Below, in pieces: positions 27,693 to 36,497 of a stretch of 39,854 nucleotides of DNA. The notes beneath the pieces are model-generated. The model was not told the DNA's origin. It made no database searches and saw nothing but the letters and a program-made list of their open reading frames with translations. The position numbers and the translations under genes are program-made. The stretch is from a virus. Taxonomy: Duplodnaviria > Caudoviricetes. The stretch spans positions 1 to 39,854 of the IMG/VR virus record IMGVR_UViG_3300026851_000040. One strand, 5' to 3'. Each line of letters starts with the position of its first letter. Position 1 is the first letter of the stretch.

Positions 27693-27804
27693 CCCGGCCC
27701 TGCAAAAGCAGGTCGCGAAACGCTTGGCGACGCAGTATTCGTTTGCCGCCAATGAAATCGAGACCATGCCCTTTTCCACGATGATCTGGTGGCTCATGGA
27801 CTGA
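27688..27804 (+). CDS. Frameshift extension of tail chaperone (gpE'-like)
   Basis: Open frame FNPALQKQVAKRLATQYSFAANEIETMPFSTMIWWLMD*, offset +1 (or -2) from the chaperone frame; no obvious own start. Confidence 0.65.
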   Translation, partial: FNPALQKQVAKRLATQYSFAANEIETMPFSTMIWWLMD

Positions 27805-27832
27805 GCCCTGCATCCCAGCCTGGAGTGCAATC

Positions 27833-30343
27833 ATGGCAAACAACCTGGCGCTCGACCTGGTCATCGGCGGCGCCGTCAGCTCCACGGTCGGCGCCGCCTT
27901 CAAGGATGTCGAAGGCCGCATCAAGAAACTCAGCGAGCAAGGTACCAAGGCCCGCGTCCTGCAGAGCACCATCGGCGACACGGTGCGCCTGCGGGACGAA
28001 TGGAAAAAAGCCCATGACACCGGCTCGGCCTCGGCCGCTGGGCTGCTGCAAAAGCTCGAATCCAACCTCAAGACCCTGAAGGAACAGGGCATTGAGGTCG
28101 GCAAACTGCGCAAGGAATATCAGGCCCTCGGGCAGATAGCGCGGGGTGCTGAACTCAAGGCGCTGGGCCACACGCAGATCCAGCAGGGCAAGGAGGGCAT
28201 GAAAAGCTCTCTCGGCCAGGCGGCGGCACTGACCGCGACGTTGGCGATTCCGACCAAGGTCTCCGGCGACTACCAAGCGCAGATCCGTCAGATGTCGTTG
28301 TGGGCACACACCGCCGGCACTGGCGATGAGGCCGAACTGGCAGCCAGCATCAGCAAGGTCGCGGCAGACAAGGGCATGAGCCAGCAACTGCTCGCACGGT
28401 CGGTCGGGGCGCTGATCGAAAAGGGTGTGGAGTGGGATGTCGCCACCAGCTACGCCGGGCAGATCGCCGACTTGATCGACGGCCAGGGCATGGAGCCCGA
28501 AACCATCGCCACCTTGATCAACTCCTTCAAGGAGGCCGGGGTCAAACAGGCCGACATGGGCGCCATGCTGGGCCAGGTGGCGGCGGCCGGTGATATCGGT
28601 GCATTCGGTCCCAAGGACATGGCCAAGTACCTGCCGGCCATGCTCGGCAACATCAAACGTCTGGGCATGGAAGGCCCGGAGGCGGTGCGCTTCCTTGGTG
28701 CCAGCCTGCAGTCGCAGTTCTCGCAAACGCAGGATTCGGCGGCGGCGGCCACCAACATGAACAACCTGCTTAACGCGGTAATCAGCAGCACCAGCCAGGA
28801 ACGGTTCGCCAAGGAAGGCTACGACCTGACCAGCTCGATCCTCGCTGCGACCAAAAGCGGCAAGGCGGCCAACCCGGTCGATGCTTTTATCATGCTCAGT
28901 GAGCAACTGATCAAGAAACAGGACCCGGCCAAGGCCAAGAAAATCGAGGCGCTCAAGGCCAAGATCAAGGCCTCGGCAGATGGCAGTGCCGAGGAAGAGC
29001 AGGCCATGATTGCGCTGACTGAGGCGGCGGGGCTGGCGAACATTGTCAGCGATCAGAGCGCCAGTGCCGGTTTGCTCGCGCAGATCAAATACGGCGACAA
29101 GATCAAGGCTGATATGGCGACCATCAAGGAGACCGATGGCAAGGCCAAGATCGAGGCGGACGCGGCCAAGGCGCGGGAGACGTCGAATCGCAAGTGGTCA
29201 GCGGCGACGGCAGGTATTGAGTCGTCGATGACCCGGATCGGGGACGCGGTGCGGCCGCTGACGGATCTGGCGGCGGATGGGCTGGCGAAGGTGGCTTATG
29301 GATTGGGTGAGCTGGCTGGGAAGTTTCCGACAGTGATCAGCGGTGCGACGGTGTTGGCTGCAGGCGTTATCGGTCTGGGCGCTGCGATCAACGCGATCAA
29401 GATCGGTAAGGGATTGCTCAACGTTGGGCGTGGCTCGTTGATGGGCAACCCCAACGTGATCCAGCGGGTATTTGTCACCAACCCGTCAGGCGCAGGCGGT
29501 GGGGGAATTGACGGACGTGAAGGGAAGCGCGGTCGAGGGAAGGGTAAGCGCGGCCGGGGTGGCCGCAACCCCAGTGCTGGGCCGGCTTCAGCCATCGGAG
29601 CAGCAGCGAGTCGCTTTGATCCCAAGGTCATGATGGGCAAAGGGCTGGGCTTCGCCAAAGGCGCCGCGCCCTTTGCGTTGATCGAGGCCGGGCTGATTGC
29701 CGCCGATACCTACCAGAACGCTGAAACCCGCGACGAAAAGGCCGAAGGCTACGGCAATGCTGCTGGCACCTTGGCCGGCACGCTTGCCGGTGCAGCCGCG
29801 GGAGCTGCGATTGGTTCGGTGGTGCCGGTGATTGGCACCGTAGTCGGCGGTCTGATTGGCGGTTTTCTGGGGAGTTGGGGTGGTGGTGAGTTGGGTAGTG
29901 CTGTGGGTAAAGCGGCGTTCGGCGGCCCGGATGAACCTTTGGCTCTGCCGGCGCAACCATCACCGTTGCGCCTGCCACCGCCCAGTGCAGTGCCCATGCC
30001 GCGTCTCGGCCAGATGGCGCCCTCGTTGTCGTCCGGCCCGTTGATGCTCAAGGCGCCCTCTGCACCTGGCCCTGCGCTGGGGGATGTCTCGCGCTCGTTG
30101 GCAGTCGCACCAGTTGCTGCCGCCGCACCTGCAGTACTCAGTGCTGCTGCGGTCGCGAAAACGGACCCGCCGCGTATCGATCAGCAGTGGACGTTTTCCC
30201 CATCCACACAGGTGACCGTGCAGGGTGATGTCAAAGATCCGCGCCAACTGGCCCAGGAACTGATGCCGCACATGCGGCAGATGTTTGATGACTTCAGTCG
30301 GGAGCAAACCCGGCGAAACCTGTTCGATGCCCCTCACGTTTAA
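27833..30343 (+). CDS. Tape measure protein
   Basis: 836 aa, Ala/Gly-rich helical, TM-like Gly-rich segments; follows the chaperone. Confidence 0.92.
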   Translation: MANNLALDLVIGGAVSSTVGAAFKDVEGRIKKLSEQGTKARVLQSTIGDTVRLRDEWKKAHDTGSASAAGLLQKLESNLKTLKEQGIEVGKLRKEYQALGQIARGAELKALGHTQIQQGKEGMKSSLGQAAALTATLAIPTKVSGDYQAQIRQMSLWAHTAGTGDEAELAASISKVAADKGMSQQLLARSVGALIEKGVEWDVATSYAGQIADLIDGQGMEPETIATLINSFKEAGVKQADMGAMLGQVAAAGDIGAFGPKDMAKYLPAMLGNIKRLGMEGPEAVRFLGASLQSQFSQTQDSAAAATNMNNLLNAVISSTSQERFAKEGYDLTSSILAATKSGKAANPVDAFIMLSEQLIKKQDPAKAKKIEALKAKIKASADGSAEEEQAMIALTEAAGLANIVSDQSASAGLLAQIKYGDKIKADMATIKETDGKAKIEADAAKARETSNRKWSAATAGIESSMTRIGDAVRPLTDLAADGLAKVAYGLGELAGKFPTVISGATVLAAGVIGLGAAINAIKIGKGLLNVGRGSLMGNPNVIQRVFVTNPSGAGGGGIDGREGKRGRGKGKRGRGGRNPSAGPASAIGAAASRFDPKVMMGKGLGFAKGAAPFALIEAGLIAADTYQNAETRDEKAEGYGNAAGTLAGTLAGAAAGAAIGSVVPVIGTVVGGLIGGFLGSWGGGELGSAVGKAAFGGPDEPLALPAQPSPLRLPPPSAVPMPRLGQMAPSLSSGPLMLKAPSAPGPALGDVSRSLAVAPVAAAAPAVLSAAAVAKTDPPRIDQQWTFSPSTQVTVQGDVKDPRQLAQELMPHMRQMFDDFSREQTRRNLFDAPHV

Positions 30344-30352
30344 GGAGCCGCC

Positions 30353-31198
30353 ATGGCCTACATGGAACAATTGCAGTCAGGCTTCAAATCCCTGGTCCAG
30401 GCAGGGGAGGCGGGCCGGCGCAGCATCGACGACATGATCGGGCCGGTGAACGGTGCGATCAGCGAAATCACTGGCGCCGCTGAAGAGCTTGCCAGTCTTC
30501 CTGGTGTGCCGCCGGGTGTTGGTGAAAAGCTGCAGCGAGTCATGCGCGGGATCGGCGCCGCGCAGTCCAAGGTCGGCACCGTCCTCGCTACCTATAACAA
30601 GGGCACGCGAACGATGTCGGGCCTGGATGAGCGCATGGAAACCCTCAAGGAGCAGGCATACCGTGCCGGGACGGCGATCAACCAGATCGCCGGCAAGGTT
30701 GATCCCCGTCTGGCGAACATCATACCTACCAGCGCCTTGGCGCCTAACGCTACACCCATGGCGGAAGCGGTCAAACCGTTTCCGCATTTGCTGATCCTGC
30801 AGCCGCTGCAAACCAATGCCCAGCCGTTCTACTTCAACCTGGACACCGCAGCCTTCGACGAACTGCGCCGGCAGACAGAGTTTCGCTGGGCCTCGCAAGA
30901 GCGCCTAAGTCGCCGGCCGGCGCAGCAGGGCGTGGGTATGGGGGAGGAAAAGTTGAGCCTCAAGGGCGCAATTTTTCCCACCTTCAAGGGCGGGCTCAAG
31001 CAACTGGATACCCTGCGCACCATTGGGGCCAAGCTGCTGCCGCTGAACCTGACCACTGGCTATGGCTTCGTGCTGGGTACCTGGTGCTTGCGCAGCCTGG
31101 AGGAAGAGCAGGGCGCCTTGCTGGCCGGCGGGATCCCGCGTAAGCAAACCTTTAATCTGGAGTTCACGCGCTATGGCGACGATATGCAGAACGTCTGA
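30353..31198 (+). CDS. P2 gpU-family tail protein with N-terminal extension
   Basis: C-terminal 'F.....A.FD.L.R....RW..Q.RL...PA.Q..G.G...L.G', 'G.V.G.W', 'PR...F.LE...YG'. Confidence 0.85.
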   Translation: MAYMEQLQSGFKSLVQAGEAGRRSIDDMIGPVNGAISEITGAAEELASLPGVPPGVGEKLQRVMRGIGAAQSKVGTVLATYNKGTRTMSGLDERMETLKEQAYRAGTAINQIAGKVDPRLANIIPTSALAPNATPMAEAVKPFPHLLILQPLQTNAQPFYFNLDTAAFDELRRQTEFRWASQERLSRRPAQQGVGMGEEKLSLKGAIFPTFKGGLKQLDTLRTIGAKLLPLNLTTGYGFVLGTWCLRSLEEEQGALLAGGIPRKQTFNLEFTRYGDDMQNV

Positions 31199-31379
31199 TG
31201 GCGACTTGCTGGATACCCTGTGTTACCAGCAGTACGGGCACCTGAACGGTACGGTCGAGGCGGTGCTGGCGGCCAATCGGCTGTTGGCGGATGAGCGTCA
31301 GCCGTTTCGGGCTGGTTTGTTGATCAGCTTTCCCGATGTGGCAGAACCGATGGTCGAGCAGGTGCAGTTGTGGGATTGA
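31173..31379 (+). CDS. Tail protein X (LysM-like)
   Basis: 'GD.LD.LC...YG......E.VL.AN..LA', C-terminal 'V.LWD'. Confidence 0.92.
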   Translation: MATICRTSDGDLLDTLCYQQYGHLNGTVEAVLAANRLLADERQPFRAGLLISFPDVAEPMVEQVQLWD

Positions 31380-31424
31380 GGGGGATCGTTAAAATGCGCC
31401 ATCATCCTCAAATGGAGCAAGGGA

Positions 31425-32009
31425 TTGAAAACCACGACGAAAATCTTTCTCGGTGTCGCAGCTATTGGCTTAGTGGCTGCTGCGTATAAGGACATCAGTG
31501 ACAGAGGGCCAAGCGAGCCAAGCTATCCAGAAGGTGCCACCGATGCACAGAGGGCCTCAATCTTGTTGGAGCATCGGATCAAACGGGCTGATCGTGAACT
31601 TGTAGAGGTCAAGGGTGGCGGTGGTGCCCTAACTATCGTTTACCGCCCACGGGATAGCCACGATGGTGAGGGCTGGACCAAGCGTGTGCTGATATCAACA
31701 CAAAATGCACTGAATGCCATTCATGAGACCCGCCCTGAAGGGGTGCCAGTTGTAATCGTTCAGGCTCAAATTCCCGTTTCTACACCTGGTGGCCCGACCA
31801 CTTACTCAAACGGTATTTTCCTGACGTACAACTGGAAAGACCTTCAGAGCATCGATTGGTCGAAGTGGACGTTTTGGGATGCTGGAAACCTGCCTCGCGA
31901 TATTTCCTTCCGCAAGTTCGGTTTGGAGGCCGCGCTTGAGTACTGTGATACCGGTAGTAATGTGACCAATGTTCGTAGCTTTTGCCAGCGAGCAAACGCC
32001 GCACGTTAA
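31425..32009 (+). CDS. Moron: membrane-anchored/exported hypothetical protein
   Basis: TTG start with GGAG RBS; basic then hydrophobic N-terminus; inserted between gpX and gpD; followed by its own hairpin. Confidence 0.7.
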   Translation: MKTTTKIFLGVAAIGLVAAAYKDISDRGPSEPSYPEGATDAQRASILLEHRIKRADRELVEVKGGGGALTIVYRPRDSHDGEGWTKRVLISTQNALNAIHETRPEGVPVVIVQAQIPVSTPGGPTTYSNGIFLTYNWKDLQSIDWSKWTFWDAGNLPRDISFRKFGLEAALEYCDTGSNVTNVRSFCQRANAAR

Positions 32010-32026
32010 CTTTTACTTTCTGGTCA

Positions 32027-32049
32027 AAGCCCCGCTCTTGTGGGGCTTT
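32027..32049 (+). terminator. Terminator after moron
   Basis: AAAGCCCCGC-TCTT-GTGGGGCTTT. Confidence 0.6.
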
Positions 32050-32069
32050 GGCGTTTTTGGAGGTGTCAT

Positions 32070-33113
32070 TTGACGCCGGTCTTTAGAATTGTTGCTGATG
32101 GTGCCGACATTACGGCCCTTATCAACGACCGCCTGCTGTTGCTCCGCACCCTAGACAAGCCCGGCATGGAGTCGGACGAGTTCGAGCTGCGCATCGACGA
32201 CCGTGACGGCGCCGTCACATTTCCCAAACGCGGTGCCGGTATCGAGATATACCTCGGCTACGGCACCAACGCACTGGCCCGCCTGGGCCGTTACACCGTC
32301 GACGACATCGAGGTCTCTGGCCCACCCGATACCCTGGTCATCCGTGGCAAGGCCAGCGACATGCGCGGCAGTGGCAAAACCACCCGTAGTGGCAGTTGGG
32401 AAAACGTCCCGCTGTCCCGGATCGTCAGCGACATCGGCGCTCGCAATGGTTGGGCGCCGGAGTGTTCAGTGGCAACAATAGTGCCTCGGGCTGATCAGTT
32501 GAATGAATCAGACTTCAACTTCATCACCCGACTCGCCAAAGACCATGACTGCACCGCGAAGGTCGCCGACAGCAAGTTGTTGGTCCTTCCTCGCCAAAGC
32601 GGGCAAACAGCCAGCGGCAAATCCCTGGCGGCGACCATCATCCGGCGTAGTGATGTCAGCCGCTGGCAATTCCGGTTCACTGACCGCACCACGCAGAAGG
32701 CCGTTAAGGCCAAGTATCAGGATAAGAAAACAGGCGAGCTGGTCAACCTGACCCTGGACAACGACGACGCGCCGGCGGGATTGCCGCCCGTGCATACCGA
32801 CCGGCACATCCATCCGAACAAGTCCGCCGCCGAGCAGGCAGCCAAGGCGCGCCTTGCAGCGTTCAACCGCTCAACCGCCGAGGTCCGGCTGGAGATGGTC
32901 GGGCGTACGGACCTGTTCGCGGAACGGCAGATTAACGCGCAAGGCTTCAAGGAAGGCCTCGACGGCGTGTTTCTGGTGGACTCGGTGGAACAAGTGTTCA
33001 CCCAGTCTGGCTGGAGCACATCGGTCGAGTGCAATGCAGGGAAGAAGGGAAAAGCAAAGGCAGTCGGCAAGAAAGCGAAAAAGTCCAAGGAGGTCAAAGT
33101 TCTGGAGCTGTGA
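32070..33113 (+). CDS. Baseplate hub / late control protein D (P2 gpD)
   Basis: 'P.F.I...G.DIT', 'D..G..SD....IDD.DG', 'Q..ESD..F.TRLA'. Confidence 0.93.
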   Translation: MTPVFRIVADGADITALINDRLLLLRTLDKPGMESDEFELRIDDRDGAVTFPKRGAGIEIYLGYGTNALARLGRYTVDDIEVSGPPDTLVIRGKASDMRGSGKTTRSGSWENVPLSRIVSDIGARNGWAPECSVATIVPRADQLNESDFNFITRLAKDHDCTAKVADSKLLVLPRQSGQTASGKSLAATIIRRSDVSRWQFRFTDRTTQKAVKAKYQDKKTGELVNLTLDNDDAPAGLPPVHTDRHIHPNKSAAEQAAKARLAAFNRSTAEVRLEMVGRTDLFAERQINAQGFKEGLDGVFLVDSVEQVFTQSGWSTSVECNAGKKGKAKAVGKKAKKSKEVKVLEL

Positions 33114-33137
33114 CCTGGCCTTTCTGTTTCATCACCC

Positions 33138-33161
33138 ACCGCCTTCGAGCGGTCTTTTTTT
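33138..33161 (+). terminator. Intrinsic terminator before endolysin
   Basis: ACCGC-CTTCGA-GCGGT then CTTTTTTT. Confidence 0.65.
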
Positions 33162-33176
33162 GTCTGGGAAAACGCG

Positions 33177-33740
33177 ATGTCCATCACCGAGCAGCAACTC
33201 CAACGCATCATGCCCAACGCCCGCCGCCAAGCGGGCGTTTTTGTATCTGCCCTAAACGCAGCCATGGCAAATCGACAGATCGATACGCCGAAGCGCCAGG
33301 CGGCTTTCCTTGCTCAGGTCGGGCATGAGTCCGGCCAGTTGCAATATGTGCGCGAATTGGGGGGTGATCAGTACCTCAGTAAATATGACACCGGCACTCT
33401 CGCTACCAGGCTGGGCAACACCCCGGAGGCCGATGGCGATGGCCAGCGCTATCGTGGTCGTGGGCTGATCCAGATCACCGGCCACAACAACTACTTGCGT
33501 TGCAGCCTGGCGCTATTTGGTGATGAGCGTTTGCTACGCACGCCGGAGCTGTTGGAGCTGCCGCAATGGGCCGCAGAGTCGGCGGCCTGGTTCTGGTGGG
33601 TAAATGGGCTGAACCTGCTGGCCGACAAAGAGCAGTTCAACACCATCACCCGCAGGATCAATGGTGGCCTCAACGGCCTGGAGGATCGGCTGCAGCTCTG
33701 GGGCAGGGCGAGGGCGGTGCTATGCGTCTCCTCGACCTGA
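33177..33740 (+). CDS. Endolysin, glycoside hydrolase family 19
   Basis: 'AAFLAQVGHES', 'LGN...GDG.RYRGRGLIQITG..NY', 'T.RINGG.NG..DR'. Confidence 0.95.
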   Translation: MSITEQQLQRIMPNARRQAGVFVSALNAAMANRQIDTPKRQAAFLAQVGHESGQLQYVRELGGDQYLSKYDTGTLATRLGNTPEADGDGQRYRGRGLIQITGHNNYLRCSLALFGDERLLRTPELLELPQWAAESAAWFWWVNGLNLLADKEQFNTITRRINGGLNGLEDRLQLWGRARAVLCVSST

Positions 33741-34264
33741 TCCCCGTCCAGTTCCGAATCGCTGCCGTCTTCCTGCTGTTGGTGATACTGGCCGGCGGAT
33801 CTGCTGCATTGGCCTGGACCGTCCAAGGCTGGCGGTACGGTCAGCAGTTGGAGCGCCAAGCGCGCCTCCAGGCTGACATCCTCAACGAGCTGGCCCAGGC
33901 ATCTGCCAGCCAGCAACGCGCTGAGCAGGACAAGCGCCTGGCACTGGAGCGGCGCCTGCAGAACAAAGATGAAACCCACCACAAGGAATTGACCGATGAG
34001 CAAACGAAGCAGGCTCGCCTGCGTGATCGCCTGGCTACTGCTGATCTGCGGCTGTCAGTCGTACTCGCCGCCACCGAAACCACCAGCGGCTGTTCAGTGC
34101 CAACCACCACCGTCGCCGGCCGCGTGGTTCATGGCTCCTCAAGAGCCCAACTTGACCCAGCGCATGCTCAACGAATTATCGGCATCACCGATGCCGGCGA
34201 CCAAGGATTAATCGCCTTGCGGGCCTGTCAGGCCTACGCAAAAGAAGTTTCTACACCAAAGTAA
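33722..34264 (+). CDS. Rz: Inner-membrane spanin
   Basis: N-terminal TM, coiled coil, C-terminal 'GD..LI.L.ACQ.Y'. Confidence 0.88.
   Translation: MRLLDLIPVQFRIAAVFLLLVILAGGSAALAWTVQGWRYGQQLERQARLQADILNELAQASASQQRAEQDKRLALERRLQNKDETHHKELTDEQTKQARLRDRLATADLRLSVVLAATETTSGCSVPTTTVAGRVVHGSSRAQLDPAHAQRIIGITDAGDQGLIALRACQAYAKEVSTPK
33996..34211 (+). CDS. Rz1: Outer-membrane spanin lipoprotein embedded in Rz
   Basis: Signal peptide with lipobox-like 'LLICGC', Pro-rich mature part, nested in another frame of Rz. Confidence 0.8.
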   Translation: MSKRSRLACVIAWLLLICGCQSYSPPPKPPAAVQCQPPPSPAAWFMAPQEPNLTQRMLNELSASPMPATKD

Positions 34265-34379
34265 AAGGAGCGGCCGGGCAGGATGCGTCAACATCCAACC
34301 CGGCCGCCTTCCCCGCAGATTGTCCCTGCAAGTCCAGCCAAGGCTCCTGCTTCGTGCACAAAGCGGAGCGAGCCTAGCA

Positions 34380-34395
34380 CTGTTTATTCATACAG
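34380..34395. promoter_or_regulatory. LexA (SOS) box upstream of methylase
   Basis: CTG-TTTATTCATA-CAG (CTG-N10-CAG, AT-rich core) 18 bp before the ATG. Confidence 0.7.
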
Positions 34396-34413
34396 CAAAG
34401 GTCTTGCTTTTAT

Positions 34414-35208
34414 ATGTCCACACCCATCATCCCTTGGATGGGCGGCAAACGCCGTCTGGCCGACCGCCTTATCCCGCTTTTCCCACCCCATGAATGCTAC
34501 GTCGAAGTCTTTGCCGGCGGCGCCGCGCTCTACTTCATGCGTCCCCAGGCCGCGCCGGTTGAAGTCCTCAATGACATCAACGGTGACCTGGTGACGCTGT
34601 ACCGCGTGGTGCAGAACCACCTGGAAGAATTCGTGCGCCAGTTCAAATGGGCGCTCAGTTCTCGGCAGGTGTTCGAGTGGCAGAAGATGACCCGCCCTGA
34701 AACCCTCACCGACATTCAGCGCGCCGCTCGGTTTTTCTACCTGCAGCACCATGCCTTTGCCGGCAAGGTGACGGGGCAGACGTTTGGTACTGCGACGACT
34801 GGTCCTGCAATCAACCTGCTTCGGATCGAGGAGAACCTGTCTGCAGCCTGGCAACGGTTGTCCGGCACCTATGTTGAAAATCTGGGCTGGCTTGAGTGTG
34901 CCGAGCGCTATGACCGTCCCCATACCTTCCACTACATGGATCCGCCCTACTGGCAGACGACCGGTTATGGCGTGGATTTTCCCTTTGAGAATTACGAACG
35001 CATGGCTGACTTCATGCGGCGCTGCAAAGGGAAGGTCATGGTTAGCATCAACGATCACCCGGACATTCGGCGCGTGTTTGAGGGCTTTCATTTTGAATGC
35101 CTGGACATTCGCTACAGCAATGCCAATCAACGGAAAGGCAAGGCAGAGGTAACCGGTGAGCTTGTAATCATGAATTGGATACCTTCTGCTCTTGGTGGCT
35201 TGTTTTAA
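34414..35208 (+). CDS. DNA adenine methyltransferase (D12/Dam-like class), orphan
   Basis: 'W.GGK', motif I 'YVEVFAGG', 'LND.N', motif IV 'DPPY'. Confidence 0.93.
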   Translation: MSTPIIPWMGGKRRLADRLIPLFPPHECYVEVFAGGAALYFMRPQAAPVEVLNDINGDLVTLYRVVQNHLEEFVRQFKWALSSRQVFEWQKMTRPETLTDIQRAARFFYLQHHAFAGKVTGQTFGTATTGPAINLLRIEENLSAAWQRLSGTYVENLGWLECAERYDRPHTFHYMDPPYWQTTGYGVDFPFENYERMADFMRRCKGKVMVSINDHPDIRRVFEGFHFECLDIRYSNANQRKGKAEVTGELVIMNWIPSALGGLF

Positions 35209-35285
35209 TCTCGAACCAGCATTTGAATTAGTTTGACGATTTCGATGGCTAAGGTGAGGGCGCGTTCTATAAGTTCGATGATCAT
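35205..35285 (-). CDS. 26-aa amphipathic peptide MIIELIERALTLAIEIVKLIQMLVRD
   Basis: GGAG RBS 6 nt before ATG; candidate TTGACA-N18-TTTAAT promoter at 35391-35362; stop overlaps the methylase stop. Confidence 0.55.
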   Translation of the reverse strand: MIIELIERALTLAIEIVKLIQMLVRD

Positions 35286-35584
35286 ACTATTCTCCAGGCT
35301 GAGTTTAGCTGTCCGGCGCGTTAGTTGGCGTCGGTTGCGGTTGGCTTTAAATGGCTTGGAGATTAAACATATAGATGGGCTTAGCTGTCAATGCTCTTCA
35401 GGTTTATTTCTGAAGGGCGGCCGCTAAGCCGCAGCCCGCCGTTGTCAAGGTGTCCATGGGAATGAAAGTTTCTAAGCTGTTAAGTTTGCACATTCGGTTT
35501 AGCTTACGTAGGTTGCGTAAATTACGTGTTTGCTTAATTACGTAAGTACGTAAGTTTTCTGAGTGAGTAGGTTTGTAACTATCA

Positions 35585-35618
35585 ATAGATAGCTAGTGGA
35601 TATCCACTAGCTATCTAT
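35585..35618. repeat. Perfect 34-bp palindrome
   Basis: ATAGATAGCTAGTGGAT|ATCCACTAGCTATCTAT with no spacer. Confidence 0.95.
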
Positions 35619-35727
35619 CGGTTACTAAAAAGATATCCAGAAAATATTGGATAAATCTGTTGGGCGTACTCATTAGATTTGCTTTGGATATCCTCGCACA
35701 GAGCCTTCTGTTTATGACTCAGGTGCG

Positions 35728-36432
35728 CTAGCTTTGCTCTGAATCTAGTATCGGGGTAATCACGCCAGCACCTTGGTTTCGAACGTTACCTACTGAGGTG
35801 CCCACCCGAAACCACTCAAAGTCATCGACTGGCTGACAACACTCCTTCGCTATTTCCTCTGCCCGGCCTTGAGTAAGGCCGGGTTCGATCCATTCCCTGG
35901 CGTGCTCCGGTGTCAGCACCAACGGCTTGCGGTCGTGGATGTCCACCATGCCTTGATCACTGGCGGCGGTGATGATCACGAACCCATCGCCGTCGTGGGG
36001 ATCCAGGCCAGGATGAACTTGGGCGAGCGCGCCAAAGAACATGGGCTTCTGACTCTTCAGGCGAATGAAGTAGGGCTGCTTTCTCTTCGGATCGTCAGGG
36101 TCTTTGACCCACTCGTACCACCCTTCACTCGGCACCATGGCTCGGCCTTTCGGCCAAAGTTGCTTGAAGAACTTTCCCGTGGTGACCGTCTCTACGCGGG
36201 CGTTGATCGGATCGGGGCGCTTGCCCTTGGCCCAGAAGGGCGCCCATCCCCATTTGACTGCATCGATATGCAGTCCATCACCTGCGGCGTGTAGCAACTG
36301 CACCCGTGTCGTCGGGGCGACGTTGTAGCGATCAATAGGCTGAGCGTCGTAACCGCTGAACAGCTCTATCTGGGGGCTCAACTCTTCAATGAAGATCGCC
36401 ATCCCTTCGTACTGCACGAATCGTCCGCACAT
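35728..36432 (-). CDS. SOS response-associated peptidase (SRAP/HMCES/YedK, abasic-site protection)
   Basis: N-terminal MCGRF, 'RYNVAPT', 'INARVET', 'GWYEW', 'IHDR.P'. Confidence 0.95.
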   Translation of the reverse strand: MCGRFVQYEGMAIFIEELSPQIELFSGYDAQPIDRYNVAPTTRVQLLHAAGDGLHIDAVKWGWAPFWAKGKRPDPINARVETVTTGKFFKQLWPKGRAMVPSEGWYEWVKDPDDPKRKQPYFIRLKSQKPMFFGALAQVHPGLDPHDGDGFVIITAASDQGMVDIHDRKPLVLTPEHAREWIEPGLTQGRAEEIAKECCQPVDDFEWFRVGTSVGNVRNQGAGVITPILDSEQS

Positions 36433-36497
36433 ACGCACCTTTCCGCCTGTCGAAATCACCTACAGAAAAATTGACCGCAAGCGTCCTACAAAGTTAA

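Noticed and set aside
8636..28906. Long antisense ORFs (e.g. 8636-9814, 18010-19167, 26021-27343, 27794-28906)
   Set aside because: Shadow frames of GC-rich genes with clear identity on the other strand
34283..34413. Mu Com-like translational regulator upstream of the methylase
   Set aside because: No CxxC...CxxC zinc-ribbon ORF in this interval
35233..35427. 64-aa plus-strand ORF in the dam-SRAP spacer
   Set aside because: TTG start without a clear RBS; the overlapping minus-strand 26-aa ORF has better signals
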